From NCBI RefSeq assembly GCF_017592335.1, contig NZ_JACNMP010000002.1:145973-209972 (forward strand): 64,000 nt of DNA, written 5' to 3'. A program made the position numbers and the translations under genes. Below the pieces are notes generated by a model. It made no database searches. It was not told the origin of the DNA and saw nothing but the letters and a program-made list of their open reading frames with translations. Below, piece after piece: positions 1-10,471 of this stretch; position 1 is the stretch's first letter, and each line of letters begins with the position of its first letter. Source of the DNA: Pseudaestuariivita rosea (GTDB lineage Bacteria; Pseudomonadota; Alphaproteobacteria; Rhodobacterales; Rhodobacteraceae).

Positions 1-134
1 CCAGAAAAGCGGCGGCTAGGGTACGTGTTACAAACGACATTCTATCTTTCCTTCTGAAGATGCGGCCAAGGCGCATTGGCGCTTGGTGCGCAGCATTCGG
101 GGCGGGATTGGTGTAAGACATCTGCAGTTTCATC

Positions 135-1694
135 TTAGTTTGCCACAATATCCTGAACCCATACTTCCACACGTCTGTTGATCAGTCGTCCGGTGTTTGT
201 TTCATTGCAACCCAAAGGCGAAATTTCGCCAAAACCGATCGCACGCATTCTAACACGTGATGAAAGATTCGGCGCGGCATTTCTGATCGCCTGCATCACT
301 TGTTCAGCACGTTGTTGCGACAGTTCGCGGTTCAGGTCCGCCTGACCAACCGAGTCGGTGAAGCCGACAAACAACAGTTCCTTATTGGTGAAATCCTGAC
401 CTTGCATCAATTCGATCAGACGTTCGACGTCAGCTTGTGCACGGGCGTTCAGATCAGCAGAACCTGTTCTGAAGCGGTATGTGGTGGACAAACGGTCGGC
501 TGAGATCAGCAAATCGACCATTTCGCGCAACTGTTCATAGCTTTGCGCACCATCGGGGGCCACAAGCGCTGACGCGATCCGCAGGCCTTGTGCATTGATC
601 GATTCGGACGTCACCGCCTGATCGATGAAGCCTGCATTCGCAACAATGCTTTGCGCCGCATCAGACAGGGCAAAATCACGCAGTCCACGGGCATGTTCAG
701 GCAGTGGCTTGTTGGTCTGGTACATGTAAAGCAGACGCGTCAGCGGGTATTCTTCCGTTTTGATCGCAAAGGCACTTGGCGGAGTTTGCAGCCCGCAAAC
801 GCCCTCAATCGCCAGCGCGCCAGCATTGCCGACGTTGGCAAAGCTTGTGAACCCGATGCCGTTAGGGTCATTCAGAACAGCCTGAACCAGATCTTCATCC
901 GATGTATGCACTGTCACACGGCCATCAACCGCATAGCCATTGGGGCGCATGACCAGCGCATCGAAAACCTCACGCGCGCCCGAATCGGGTTCGCGGACGT
1001 GAACATTGATGGGGGCGTTCCGGCCGCCCAGGTCCGCCCAGTTTGTAACAACACCACCAAAGGCCAGCGCTGCGTTGGCTTCTGAAATAGCACGAACAGG
1101 GTTGCCCGGTGCGGTGATCAGCACCAGCCCGTCAAGGGCCACGATGTGTTCCTGCGCGCCGCTGTTCAGCGTCCCCAGACCGGCGGCTTCGAAGTTTCTA
1201 AGCTCACGATTTCGGGCAGGGCGCGTGGACAGGGCAAATGTTGCGTCTTCGTCCAGCAGGGCACGCAGACCGCTGGTTGAGTTCGTCTTTTCAACCGTAA
1301 CGTCAGCAACGGCGCTGCCGGACATTTCGATGGTCGATGTGCTGTTGCCGCTATTGAATCGGAAATCTGCGCCAACATTTTCGCTATAGGCTTCGAAAAG
1401 AGCGGGGATCAGGCCTTGGCCCAGGGATTGCGATCCAACAATCGTAAATTCAGTCGCCTGATTGACATTTGGACAAGCGGGGCCGGAACAGATCACCAGG
1501 CCAGCGGGCACACTGACAACGCCAAGTGTTGTTTGAAGCGTATAGGTCTGTCCATCGAATGAAATCAGTTCGCCCGTTACACTAAGCGATTCGTCTGTTG
1601 CCCTAAGTGTCAGCCTATCTGCCAACGCAGCTGTCGCAGCCAGGCCGGTCATGAATGTACCAGCAAGCAATGCTGCCAGAGAAGTCTTTCTCAT
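135..1694 (-). CDS. OmpA-family protein with an N-terminal periplasmic phosphate-binding (PstS-like) domain
   Basis: 519 aa. Signal peptide MRKTSLAALLAGTFMTGLAATAALA. C-terminal OmpA-like motif TDSVGQADLNRELSQQRAEQV...NRRVEVWV. ATG at 1694 with an AAGGA Shine-Dalgarno upstream. Confidence 0.7.
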   Translation of the reverse strand: MRKTSLAALLAGTFMTGLAATAALADRLTLRATDESLSVTGELISFDGQTYTLQTTLGVVSVPAGLVICSGPACPNVNQATEFTIVGSQSLGQGLIPALFEAYSENVGADFRFNSGNSTSTIEMSGSAVADVTVEKTNSTSGLRALLDEDATFALSTRPARNRELRNFEAAGLGTLNSGAQEHIVALDGLVLITAPGNPVRAISEANAALAFGGVVTNWADLGGRNAPINVHVREPDSGAREVFDALVMRPNGYAVDGRVTVHTSDEDLVQAVLNDPNGIGFTSFANVGNAGALAIEGVCGLQTPPSAFAIKTEEYPLTRLLYMYQTNKPLPEHARGLRDFALSDAAQSIVANAGFIDQAVTSESINAQGLRIASALVAPDGAQSYEQLREMVDLLISADRLSTTYRFRTGSADLNARAQADVERLIELMQGQDFTNKELLFVGFTDSVGQADLNRELSQQRAEQVMQAIRNAAPNLSSRVRMRAIGFGEISPLGCNETNTGRLINRRVEVWVQDIVAN

Positions 1695-1920
1695 TTTTTC
1701 AGGTCCTTATCGTTGTTACGATCGTTCGACTTTTATTGCTGACGATTTCGCTATTGGTCATTCTGTTCAAATCTGTGCCCTAAAAACGGCAAATTCATGG
1801 TATTGTTGATGCTATAACGACAGGTTAACGCTGCTATGCGCCGAAAGTATGGCTCGTCATGGAATAAGTGCGAAAACTGATAAATATTCTAAGATCAATC
1901 GGCTTCTCGTGGTATTTACA

Positions 1921-2271
1921 TCACATCGAGAAGCTTGTCCCACAGCCGCAGCTGCTGCTGGCATTCGGATTGTTGATCACAAACCGTGCTCCGATCAGTT
2001 CTTCGCTAAAGTCGATCACGGCATCGGTCAGAAAAGGCAGCGACACGCTGTCGATCACAACCTTCTCGCCTTGACCTTCAAGGATCAGATCGTCTTCCTT
2101 GGCCTCATCCAGATCGATTTCATACTGAAAGCCGGAACAACCGCCCCCTTCGACAGCGATGCGAAGCGCTTTGCCCTGATCAGCAGCGCCGATTTCAGCA
2201 AGGCGTTCAAATGCACGGTCAGTTACTTTGGGTGGCAAGGTCAACATGGGTGCGACTCGGCTGTTTATCAT
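1921..2271 (-). CDS. erpA: A-type iron-sulfur cluster carrier (ErpA/IscA family)
   Basis: GGGCSGFQY and the C-terminal CGCGTSFS cysteine ligands. The track ORF extends to 2403, but in-frame ATGs at 2271 and 2247 give a protein of about 110-117 aa, as expected for this family. Confidence 0.8.
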   Translation of the reverse strand: MINSRVAPMLTLPPKVTDRAFERLAEIGAADQGKALRIAVEGGGCSGFQYEIDLDEAKEDDLILEGQGEKVVIDSVSLPFLTDAVIDFSEELIGARFVINNPNASSSCGCGTSFSM

Positions 2272-2324
2272 TCTGGATATTCCAAATATAGAAAGCCTTA
2301 GGGCAGGCGACAAGGTGAAGCGAC

Positions 2325-3494
2325 ATGCAAGCGTCCTATGCCTCGGATCCGGCAAAGGCCAGGGGGCGGCTGATTGCGGAAGAGGAAAGCAGTTTTCGGT
2401 CATGTTTTCAGCGTGACCGGGACCGGATCATTCATTCCAGCGCCTTCCGCCGACTGAAGCACAAGACGCAAGTCTTTGTTGAACATGAAGGCGATTATTA
2501 TCGCACGCGGCTGACCCATTCGATTGAGGTTGCACAGGTTGCGCGCACAGTTGCCGGCGCCCTGGGCCTGAACGGCGAACTGACCGAGGCCGTCGCGCTG
2601 GCCCATGATCTGGGACATACACCCTTTGGTCATACGGGCGAAGACGCGCTGAATGCATTGATGCAACCCTATGGCGGGTTCGATCATAACGCACAGGCGG
2701 TCAAGATTGTGACGTCGCTGGAACGGCATTATGCCGATTTCGACGGGCTGAACCTGACCTGGGAAACGCTGGAAGGCATCGCCAAGCACAACGGCCCCGT
2801 GGTGGGTGATCTGCCCTACGCCCTGGCGGACTATACCGCGCGCCATGATCTTGAACTGCACACCCATGCCAGCGCCGAAGCGCAGGTCGCCGCCCTTGCC
2901 GACGATATCGCCTATAACAACCACGACCTGCACGATGGCCTTCGGGCACGGCTATTTACGGATGATGATATCTGCGATCTGCCGATTGTTGGGCAAGCCT
3001 ATCAAGGCGTCGATGCCAGATATCCCGGACTGAACCCCAACCGACGCCGGCACGAAGCACTGCGCCGGGTTTTCGGGGTCATGGTGGCCGATGTGATCGA
3101 CACGTCGCGCGATCTGCTGGTCCGGGCCGCGCCTGAAACCGTCGATGATATCCGGCTGCTTGGGCGCCCCGTCATTCGGTTTTCAGATGCCCTTTGGACC
3201 GATTTGCAAAAAATCCGCACGTTCCTTTTTGCACGCATGTATCGCGCCCCTTCGGTTATGGATAAGCGGGCTGAGGTCACGCAGGTGGTGGATGACCTGT
3301 TTCCGTTCTATATGTCAAAGCCAGAGTTTCTGCCGAAAGCCTGGCAACAAGACATAGAGCAAGCGACCGATCAAACAGCGCTAGCCCGGATCGTGTCGGA
3401 CTATATTGCCGGTATGACAGACCGTTTTGCCCTTCAACGGCACAGGCAATTTCGCGGTGATCCAGAGGATGCTGCCGATGAAATCTGGCAGTGA
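2325..3494 (+). CDS. dgt: deoxyguanosinetriphosphate triphosphohydrolase-like HD-domain protein
   Basis: 389 aa. HSSAFRRLKHKTQVF, RTRLTHSIEVAQVAR and LAHDLGHTPFGHTGE (HD motif). Confidence 0.85.
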   Translation: MQASYASDPAKARGRLIAEEESSFRSCFQRDRDRIIHSSAFRRLKHKTQVFVEHEGDYYRTRLTHSIEVAQVARTVAGALGLNGELTEAVALAHDLGHTPFGHTGEDALNALMQPYGGFDHNAQAVKIVTSLERHYADFDGLNLTWETLEGIAKHNGPVVGDLPYALADYTARHDLELHTHASAEAQVAALADDIAYNNHDLHDGLRARLFTDDDICDLPIVGQAYQGVDARYPGLNPNRRRHEALRRVFGVMVADVIDTSRDLLVRAAPETVDDIRLLGRPVIRFSDALWTDLQKIRTFLFARMYRAPSVMDKRAEVTQVVDDLFPFYMSKPEFLPKAWQQDIEQATDQTALARIVSDYIAGMTDRFALQRHRQFRGDPEDAADEIWQ

Positions 3495-3526
3495 CGGATA
3501 CGATCCGGGGTCTCTTGATCTTCGCC

Positions 3527-4729
3527 TTACGCCTGCGTGTCGCGATAAGGCCACAGCCCACGGATCAGGCAGGCCGCGATCAACACACCTAAAAAGATCA
3601 ATGGCTGCAGGCTGGATGGGATGGGCGGCAGGTCCGTCAGGGTGAAATTCGGGTCCTGCCGCAGTTCGAACATGATCTGGTCTTCAAAGACATAAAACAG
3701 CAACTGCAGCCCGTTCAATGCGGCGACACCGCCCAAAGCGATGCCTCCAAGCATGGTCAGCCCCCAAACAAACCAGCCCCAATGCCCGGGTCTTTGGCTG
3801 GCGATGATCGCGAACCCGAACCCAATCGCTGCCGCCAGTCCTGACAACTGATAGGCAAAGGCCCAGGGGATGGGCGATGTCGAAGTATAGTTCAGCAGCA
3901 CCTCTGGGCTTTGATCCTGCAACAGGTCGGGGCGTTGCAGCATCAGAAAGCTGTCCGGCTCGATCAGCGATGCAACGACCCATATGTGCACGGCATAAAA
4001 TGTCAGAAACAGGACGGGCAGCATCATCATTCCGATGACCATCAGGGGAATGTAGTAAAGACGCAGTCCACCGTCGAACAGCGATATGACCGCAGTCAGC
4101 AAGGCGGCGATCACAAAAACGCCCGCCGCAACGATCATGCCGTCAAGGGCCCCAACGTCTATAGACACAACATAAAACGCAATCGCAGGCAAAAGCGTAA
4201 GCAATGCCAGCATGATCACAAAAACCCACCACCGCCGTGCGATACTGCCGACCAGCGTCAGCAGGCCCAGAAACATATACATCAGCCCAGGAACCAGAGT
4301 GATCTGCGCCAGTGTCGGGTCTGCCCCATCAGATGGTGATGGCACAGGGATCGCATAAAACTGTGTGTCCAGCAGATTGCCAAGCGTCGGCATGTCGCCC
4401 AGCCAAATTCCTGCCAACATACTGATCCCCAGAAAGGTAATCACCATCACACTATGCCGACCTGCGGCGATAAATGCGTATATTCCAACCGCAAACGGCA
4501 GCAGAAGCGACAGCAGCATGTGCCGTTCGGCGATTGCCAGCTGGGATTGGCGGATGTCGGTGAAATCCGATTTTAGCAAATGTGGTATATGTGGCAAAGC
4601 CAGGTGCAACCGCACGGCATCGATGACCAGAACAGCGATGACAAGGGTCAGCAGAACGGCACAGCCTTTTTCGACATAAGCCAGAATGCGTTTGGTTTGC
4701 GGTTCGGGATCAACACTGTCTAAAGTCAT
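3527..4729 (-). CDS. hypothetical polytopic membrane protein
   Basis: 400 aa with at least 10 predicted hydrophobic helices. ATG at 4729. I recognise no family. Confidence 0.55.
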   Translation of the reverse strand: MTLDSVDPEPQTKRILAYVEKGCAVLLTLVIAVLVIDAVRLHLALPHIPHLLKSDFTDIRQSQLAIAERHMLLSLLLPFAVGIYAFIAAGRHSVMVITFLGISMLAGIWLGDMPTLGNLLDTQFYAIPVPSPSDGADPTLAQITLVPGLMYMFLGLLTLVGSIARRWWVFVIMLALLTLLPAIAFYVVSIDVGALDGMIVAAGVFVIAALLTAVISLFDGGLRLYYIPLMVIGMMMLPVLFLTFYAVHIWVVASLIEPDSFLMLQRPDLLQDQSPEVLLNYTSTSPIPWAFAYQLSGLAAAIGFGFAIIASQRPGHWGWFVWGLTMLGGIALGGVAALNGLQLLFYVFEDQIMFELRQDPNFTLTDLPPIPSSLQPLIFLGVLIAACLIRGLWPYRDTQA

Positions 4730-4863
4730 AAATACGTCTCATAATCCGATTTCGGTCACTCTTGCCTCGCGCAAGCCCCTATGCAACCCGAATTCTGCCG
4801 CCCATGGCATTGACGCAGCCCCGCCGCATGATAAACCCCGCGCGAACCTTAGGATCGGAACCC

Positions 4864-6606
4864 ATGAACCTTTTTGCCAATATTCGCACGCTTGTGATCG
4901 ATGCACTGGCCGCAATGCAGTCCGAGGGCAGCCTGCCCGATGGGCTGGACTTCACCAATGTCGCGGTCGAACCCCCGCGCGATGCGGCGCACGGTGACAT
5001 GGCGACGAATGCGGCGATGGTGCTGGCGAAACCGGCGGGGATGAAGCCGCGCGATATTGCCGATGCGCTGGCCCCTAAGCTAACCAACGACCCCCGCATT
5101 GATGTGGCTGAAGTTGCCGGGCCGGGCTTTCTGAACCTGCGGCTGGCGCCCGTCGTCTGGCAGGGTGTCGTGCAGCAGGTGTTGGACAACCCGACCTACG
5201 GCCAGTCCACGATGGGACAGGGCAAGCGCGTCAACGTCGAATATGTCAGCACCAACCCCACCGGTCCAGTGCACGTGGGCCACACACGTGGGGCCGTCTT
5301 CGGCGATGCACTGTCAAGTCTGCTGAATTACGCAGGTTATGACGTCACGCGAGAATACTACATAAATGACGGCGGCGCGCAGGTCGATGTTCTGGCGCGG
5401 TCGGTCTACTTGCGGTATCTTGAGGCGCACGGCCATGAGGTGTCATTTGAAGATGGCACCTATCCCGGTGACTATCTGATCGATGTTGCAGAAGCCCTTA
5501 AACAGAAAGTCGGGGACCAGTTCGTTGATAAGGGCGAACAATACTGGCTGGCTGAAATCCGTGAATTCGCCACTGATAAGATGATGGACCTGATCCGCAG
5601 TGATCTGGCCTATCTTGGCGTCGAAATGGACGTCTATTTCAGCGAGAAATCACTTTATGGCACCGGTCGGATTGAAGAAGCGCTGCAGGCACTCGAAGAC
5701 AAGGGCCTGATCTACGAAGGCATCCTTGAGCCCCCCAAAGGCAAAACGCCCGAGGATTGGGAGCCGCGTGAACAGACGCTGTTCAGATCCACAGAGCATG
5801 GCGACGACGTCGACCGGCCGGTTAAGAAATCCGACGGCAGCTGGACCTATTTCGCGCCCGATATCGCCTATCACTACGATAAGATCGAACGGGGTTTTGA
5901 CGAACTGATCGACGTCTTCGGCGCTGATCATGGTGGTTATGTGAAGCGGATGAAGGCGGCGGTCTCTGCCCTGTCTGATGGGAAGGTACCGCTGGATATC
6001 AAGCTGACGCAACTGGTGAAGCTTTATAAAAACGGCCAGCCCTTCAAGATGTCAAAGCGGGCGGGCACCTTTGTGACGCTTCGCGATGTGGTCGATCAGG
6101 TGGGGCCCGACGTGACGCGTTTTGTCATGCTGACCCGCAAAAACGACGCCCCGCTGGATTTCGACTTTGACAAGGTGCTGGAACAATCCAAGGACAATCC
6201 GGTCTTTTATGTACAATATGCCCATGCCCGGGTGCGTTCCGTGATCCGAAAGGCGACCGAGGCCGGCATCGATGTGGGCGACGCCGTTCTGCCTGCTGCG
6301 GATCTATCGAAGTTGACGGATGAGGCCGAACTGAACGTCGCACGTAAACTGGCCGAGTGGCCACGTCTGATCGAAATCGCAGCGCGCAATCACGAACCGC
6401 ACCGGGTCGCGTTCTATCTTTACGAACTGGCGTCTGACTTCCACACATTGTGGAACCGCGGCAACGATCTTCCGCAGTTGCGCTTCGTGCAAGAGGGCGA
6501 TGCGGCCACAACTCAGGCAAAAATCGCGCTTGCCCACGCAGTTGCCGTTGTCATTTCCGCCGGTCTTGGTATCTTGGGTGTAACACCTGTCGAAGAAATG
6601 CGCTGA
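4864..6606 (+). CDS. argS: arginine--tRNA ligase
   Basis: HIGH-type motif [14 protein letters not shown] and KMSKR (the KMSKS motif). The track ORF starts at 4762; the in-frame ATG at 4864 ([10 protein letters not shown]) gives the canonical length of about 580 aa. Confidence 0.93.
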   Translation: MNLFANIRTLVIDALAAMQSEGSLPDGLDFTNVAVEPPRDAAHGDMATNAAMVLAKPAGMKPRDIADALAPKLTNDPRIDVAEVAGPGFLNLRLAPVVWQGVVQQVLDNPTYGQSTMGQGKRVNVEYVSTNPTGPVHVGHTRGAVFGDALSSLLNYAGYDVTREYYINDGGAQVDVLARSVYLRYLEAHGHEVSFEDGTYPGDYLIDVAEALKQKVGDQFVDKGEQYWLAEIREFATDKMMDLIRSDLAYLGVEMDVYFSEKSLYGTGRIEEALQALEDKGLIYEGILEPPKGKTPEDWEPREQTLFRSTEHGDDVDRPVKKSDGSWTYFAPDIAYHYDKIERGFDELIDVFGADHGGYVKRMKAAVSALSDGKVPLDIKLTQLVKLYKNGQPFKMSKRAGTFVTLRDVVDQVGPDVTRFVMLTRKNDAPLDFDFDKVLEQSKDNPVFYVQYAHARVRSVIRKATEAGIDVGDAVLPAADLSKLTDEAELNVARKLAEWPRLIEIAARNHEPHRVAFYLYELASDFHTLWNRGNDLPQLRFVQEGDAATTQAKIALAHAVAVVISAGLGILGVTPVEEMR

Positions 6607-6688
6607 CACAAGGCGCGCGGGGCGGGGGTTGAGGCAGTAACAGAAGAACCGATGAGGTGTGTGAAACACCCGCGGGCGGTGAGGCGAA

Positions 6689-7600
6689 ATGGCAGAGATG
6701 ACATCCCCGAACGGGGACACTCCCGGCGTGCAGACCCTTGTGAACTGGGCGGGCGCCATGATGTCACTTGCATTGATCGCAGGTGTCAGTATCTGGGGTT
6801 ATAACCTGATCCAGCGCGACATGTCCGGTGTGCCGGTCGTGCGCGCCCTGGAAGGACCGATGCGGGTGCAACCCGATGATCCGGGCGGACGACCTGCGGA
6901 ACATCAGGGGCTGGCGGTGAATGCGATCGCGGCCGAAGATGGCTCGGACGATCTGGCGGATCGTGTGGTTTTGGCACCCGCCCCCGTTGATATAAGCGGT
7001 ATTGATCCTGTTGTGCCCCGCCAGTCGATGGCCGAGGCGGATGATGCCGATCTTGTGGTTGCTGAAACCACGACCCACGCCGTTTTGACCGAACCGCTGC
7101 AGCCCGCAGCACCTCCGGCGCAGGATCGGGACGCCTCAAGCACAGATGGGCCAAGTGAAGAGGAACTGCGGGCTCTGGTCGAACAAGTCGCCAGCCAAAC
7201 CGAACCGTTGGAGCCGCCAGAGCAGATTGTTGGCGGGTTGGGCCGATCTTTGCGACCACAGTTAAGACCTGCATCTTTGAATGTCTCGCCACGACCTGTT
7301 GCCCCGATTGGTGCACCGCAAGAGGTCGACGCATATCAGATCCCCTTTGGCACAACTCTGGTGCAGCTAGCAGCTTTGGAGACACCACAAGACGCAGAGG
7401 CTGAATGGGACAGACTTTCGCGCCGCCTTACTGGTTTTTTTGATGATAAAGGCCGTGTGATCCAGAAAGCAGAACGTGCAGGGCGCACTTTTTACAGGCT
7501 ACGCGCCATGGGTTTCGACGATTTGTCGGATGCACGACGTTTTTGCTCGGCTATTATTGCCGAAGGGGAAAAATGTATCCCCGTAACCACGCGTCACTAA
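6689..7600 (+). CDS. SPOR domain-containing protein (DedD-like, peptidoglycan-binding)
   Basis: One transmembrane helix, a Pro/Ala/Glu-rich linker, and a C-terminal SPOR-like fold (FGTTLVQLAALETPQDAEAEWDRLSRRL...FYRLRAMGFDD). The argS-SPOR-nagZ-scpA-scpB order is conserved in alphaproteobacteria. Confidence 0.7.
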   Translation: MAEMTSPNGDTPGVQTLVNWAGAMMSLALIAGVSIWGYNLIQRDMSGVPVVRALEGPMRVQPDDPGGRPAEHQGLAVNAIAAEDGSDDLADRVVLAPAPVDISGIDPVVPRQSMAEADDADLVVAETTTHAVLTEPLQPAAPPAQDRDASSTDGPSEEELRALVEQVASQTEPLEPPEQIVGGLGRSLRPQLRPASLNVSPRPVAPIGAPQEVDAYQIPFGTTLVQLAALETPQDAEAEWDRLSRRLTGFFDDKGRVIQKAERAGRTFYRLRAMGFDDLSDARRFCSAIIAEGEKCIPVTTRH

Positions 7601-8598
7601 TGGGGCAGGGGGCCTTCATCTTTGGGTGCGCCGGTCTGACATTGACCGACGCCGAACGCGCCTTTTTCCAGGACACTGACCCCTGGGGGTTTATCCTTTT
7701 TGCGCGGAACGTTGAGACGCCGGATCAGGTCCGGCGTTTGACGTCTGAGCTGCGTGATGCAGTCGGGCGGGACGCGCCTGTTCTGATTGATCAGGAAGGC
7801 GGTCGGGTGCAGCGTCTGCGTGCACCCGAATGGCGCGAATGGCTGCCGCCACTGGATCAGATTGTGCGCGCCGGACCAAAGGCGATGGAACTGCGCTATC
7901 GTCTGATCGCCCATGAGTTGCGCGACATTGGCATCGACACGAATTGCGCCCCCATGGCCGATATCGCCTTTCCCCAAACCCATGAGTTTCTGAAAAACCG
8001 TTGTTATGGCGGGGAGGTCAAAACAGTCGTGTCCGCTGCCCGCGCCGTGGCGGATGGTCTGTTGGCAGGGGGTGTCCTGCCGGTGCTGAAACACATCCCC
8101 GGCCACGGCCGCGCGACACTGGACAGCCACCTGGAATTGCCGCGCGTTGAAACCGATGCCGAAACCCTGCACCAGACCGATTTTGCGGCCTTCAAAGTCC
8201 TCAGCGACCTACCCATCGCGATGACAGCTCATATTGTCTACAGCGCCTTTGATCCTGACTTACCCGCCACGACCTCGTCCATCATGATGTCGCTGATCCG
8301 GGACCAGATCGGTTTTGATGGCCTGATCATGAGCGATGATATCTCGATGCAGGCTCTGTCGGGGTCCATCGCTGATCGCTCTGCCGCGTCCATCGCGGCC
8401 GGATGCGATATCATTCTGCATTGCAATGGCGATATGACCGAGATGGAACAGGTCGCCCAGGCTGCAGGTGAAATGGACGATTTGGCATCAGATCGCGCAA
8501 ACCGCGCGCTATCGCATCGAAAAACACCAGAAAAGATTGACATTGCCGCCCTTGAAGCAGAGTTTGAGACGCTGCTAAACGGGCGTGCCGATGGTTGA
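7600..8598 (+). CDS. nagZ: beta-N-acetylhexosaminidase (GH3)
   Basis: KHIPGHGRATLDSHLELP and a GH3 catalytic region. The ATG at 7600 overlaps the SPOR gene stop (TAATG). Confidence 0.9.
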   Translation: MGQGAFIFGCAGLTLTDAERAFFQDTDPWGFILFARNVETPDQVRRLTSELRDAVGRDAPVLIDQEGGRVQRLRAPEWREWLPPLDQIVRAGPKAMELRYRLIAHELRDIGIDTNCAPMADIAFPQTHEFLKNRCYGGEVKTVVSAARAVADGLLAGGVLPVLKHIPGHGRATLDSHLELPRVETDAETLHQTDFAAFKVLSDLPIAMTAHIVYSAFDPDLPATTSSIMMSLIRDQIGFDGLIMSDDISMQALSGSIADRSAASIAAGCDIILHCNGDMTEMEQVAQAAGEMDDLASDRANRALSHRKTPEKIDIAALEAEFETLLNGRADG

Positions 8599-9370
8599 AG
8601 TTGAAAGTGAAGATGCAGTCGTCGAACGATTGGCCGCCGAGGCGCTGATCGTCGATGTTGACGGGTTCGAGGGGCCTCTCGACCTGCTGTTGACCTTGTC
8701 GCGCACGCAAAAAGTCGACCTGCGCAAGATCAGCATCTTGCACCTGGCCGAGCAATATCTGGCCTTTGTCGAAAAAGCCAAAACGCTGCGCATCGAACTG
8801 GCCGCCGATTATCTGGTGATGGCGGCCTGGCTGGCCTTTCTGAAATCCCGCCTGCTGCTGCCCCCCGATCCGACCGAGGAAGGCCCGTCAGGCGAAGAAC
8901 TGGCCGCCCACCTGGCCTTTCAGCTGGAACGTCTGCAGGCCATGCGCGACGCAGCGGCCAGGCTGATGGGGCGCAACCAGCTGGGGCGTGATTTCTTTGC
9001 CCGCGGCATCCCTGAGGGTGTCGAACGGGTGCGCCGCGTGACCTATACCGCCACGCTGCTGGACCTGATGCAGGGCTATGCCCGCATCCGCACCAAGGAC
9101 GAATTCCGCCCCTTTGTCATGGACCGCGACGCCGTTCTGACAATGGAACAGGCGCTGGACCGGATGCGCGGGCTGATCGGATTTGCGGGCGAATGGACCG
9201 ATCTGACCAGCTATCTGCCCGACGGGTGGGAACTTGACCCCCAGAAACGCAGGTCCGCCACCGCCGCCACCTTTGCCGCATCTCTGGAACTGGCCAAAGC
9301 AGGGCTGGTCGAAATCAGACAGGGCGAGGTATTTTCGCCCATTCAACTACGGAAAAAAGACAATGGATGA
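8591..9370 (+). CDS. scpA: segregation and condensation protein A
   Basis: ScpA kleisin signature (SILHLAEQYLAFVEKAK). The first ATG is at 8591; the track start at 8585 is a GTG. It overlaps the nagZ stop by 8 nt. Confidence 0.88.
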   Translation: MVEVESEDAVVERLAAEALIVDVDGFEGPLDLLLTLSRTQKVDLRKISILHLAEQYLAFVEKAKTLRIELAADYLVMAAWLAFLKSRLLLPPDPTEEGPSGEELAAHLAFQLERLQAMRDAAARLMGRNQLGRDFFARGIPEGVERVRRVTYTATLLDLMQGYARIRTKDEFRPFVMDRDAVLTMEQALDRMRGLIGFAGEWTDLTSYLPDGWELDPQKRRSATAATFAASLELAKAGLVEIRQGEVFSPIQLRKKDNG

Positions 9371-9998
9371 GGTCGAAGAAAGCCTCTTTGAAGCGCCGCC
9401 CATGGGCGAACAGGAACGTATGGTCGAGGCGATTTTATTCGCCACGGCTGAACCTGTCACGGTCAAGGAACTGCAGGGCCGGATGCCCCATGGCTGCGAT
9501 GCGGCCGAGGCGCTGGTGCATCTGCGCAAACGCTACGAAGGGCGCGGCGTGCATGTGGTGCGCGTGGGCGACGCCTGGGCGATGCGCACGGCGGGGGATC
9601 TTGGATTTCTGATGCAGAAAGAAACCGTCGAGACGCGCAAACTGTCCCGCGCGGCCGTCGAAACGCTGGCCATTATCGCCTATCACCAGCCGGTCACACG
9701 GGCCGAGATCGAGGAAATCCGCGGTGTGGCCGTCAGCCGTGGCACGATTGATCAGCTGATCGAACTGGAGTGGATCCGCTTTGGCCGCCGCCGCATGACG
9801 CCCGGCCGACCCGTGACCTTTGTGGTCACGCAAGACTTCCTGGATCATTTTGGCCTGGAAACTGCCCGCGATCTGCCCGGTCTGAAAGAACTGCGCGCGG
9901 CGGGTCTTCTTGAAAACAGACCCCCACCGGGCCAAGTATTACAGACAGACGACGGGGATGGCGACGACGAAGGCCAAAGCGAACTGTTCGAGGAATAA
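9363..9998 (+). CDS. scpB: segregation and condensation protein B
   Basis: ScpB winged-helix repeats (ERMVEAILFATAEPVTVKEL...LAIIAYHQPVTRAEIEEIRGV). The in-frame ATG at 9363 overlaps the scpA end and gives an acidic C-terminal tail. Confidence 0.88.
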   Translation: MDEVEESLFEAPPMGEQERMVEAILFATAEPVTVKELQGRMPHGCDAAEALVHLRKRYEGRGVHVVRVGDAWAMRTAGDLGFLMQKETVETRKLSRAAVETLAIIAYHQPVTRAEIEEIRGVAVSRGTIDQLIELEWIRFGRRRMTPGRPVTFVVTQDFLDHFGLETARDLPGLKELRAAGLLENRPPPGQVLQTDDGDGDDEGQSELFEE

Positions 9999-10270
9999 TT
10001 AGGGCCTGTTTACACTATTAAATACGCTCTGGCGCGAGACCCATTTTGCCGCTGACAAGCCGATTTGACCGCAGCGATGTGGTTCATCGTCAGGGCAAAG
10101 CGGCGCGGTCAGAGGCAAAATGGGCCGCGTCCCGCAGGGATTTCGCCAAAATTGCCCATTTCGTCGTTATTTGAGCTTGAAATAGCCTGCTATTCCTGCG
10201 CTCAAATGCTGAGAGATGAACAATTTTGGTCTGAAACCAGTGCGTATTTAATAGTGTAAAGAGGCCCTAA

Positions 10271-10471
10271 ATGAACCAGATCGTCAACATGGTCATGCGC
10301 ATCGTGATGCGCAAGCTGATCAATAAAGGTGTTGATACCGGTGCCAGGTCGATGTCGCGCAGCAGTCGGGTCAAATCCGGGGCAGACGAAACCCACAAAC
10401 AGGCCATTGCAAAAAGCACACAGCGCAACAAACAGATGATGCGCGCTATGCGGCGTTTCGGACGCTTCTGA
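10271..10471 (+). CDS. hypothetical small basic protein (66 aa)
   Basis: ATG at 10271 with AAGAGG 7 nt upstream. Third-position GC is reasonable. The protein is rich in K/R/M (MNQIVNMVMRIVMRKLINKG...). Its 3' end overlaps the MFS gene convergently by about 25 nt. Its RBS lies inside the right arm of the inverted-repeat element described in the observation covering 9999-10270. Confidence 0.35.
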   Translation: MNQIVNMVMRIVMRKLINKGVDTGARSMSRSSRVKSGADETHKQAIAKSTQRNKQMMRAMRRFGRF

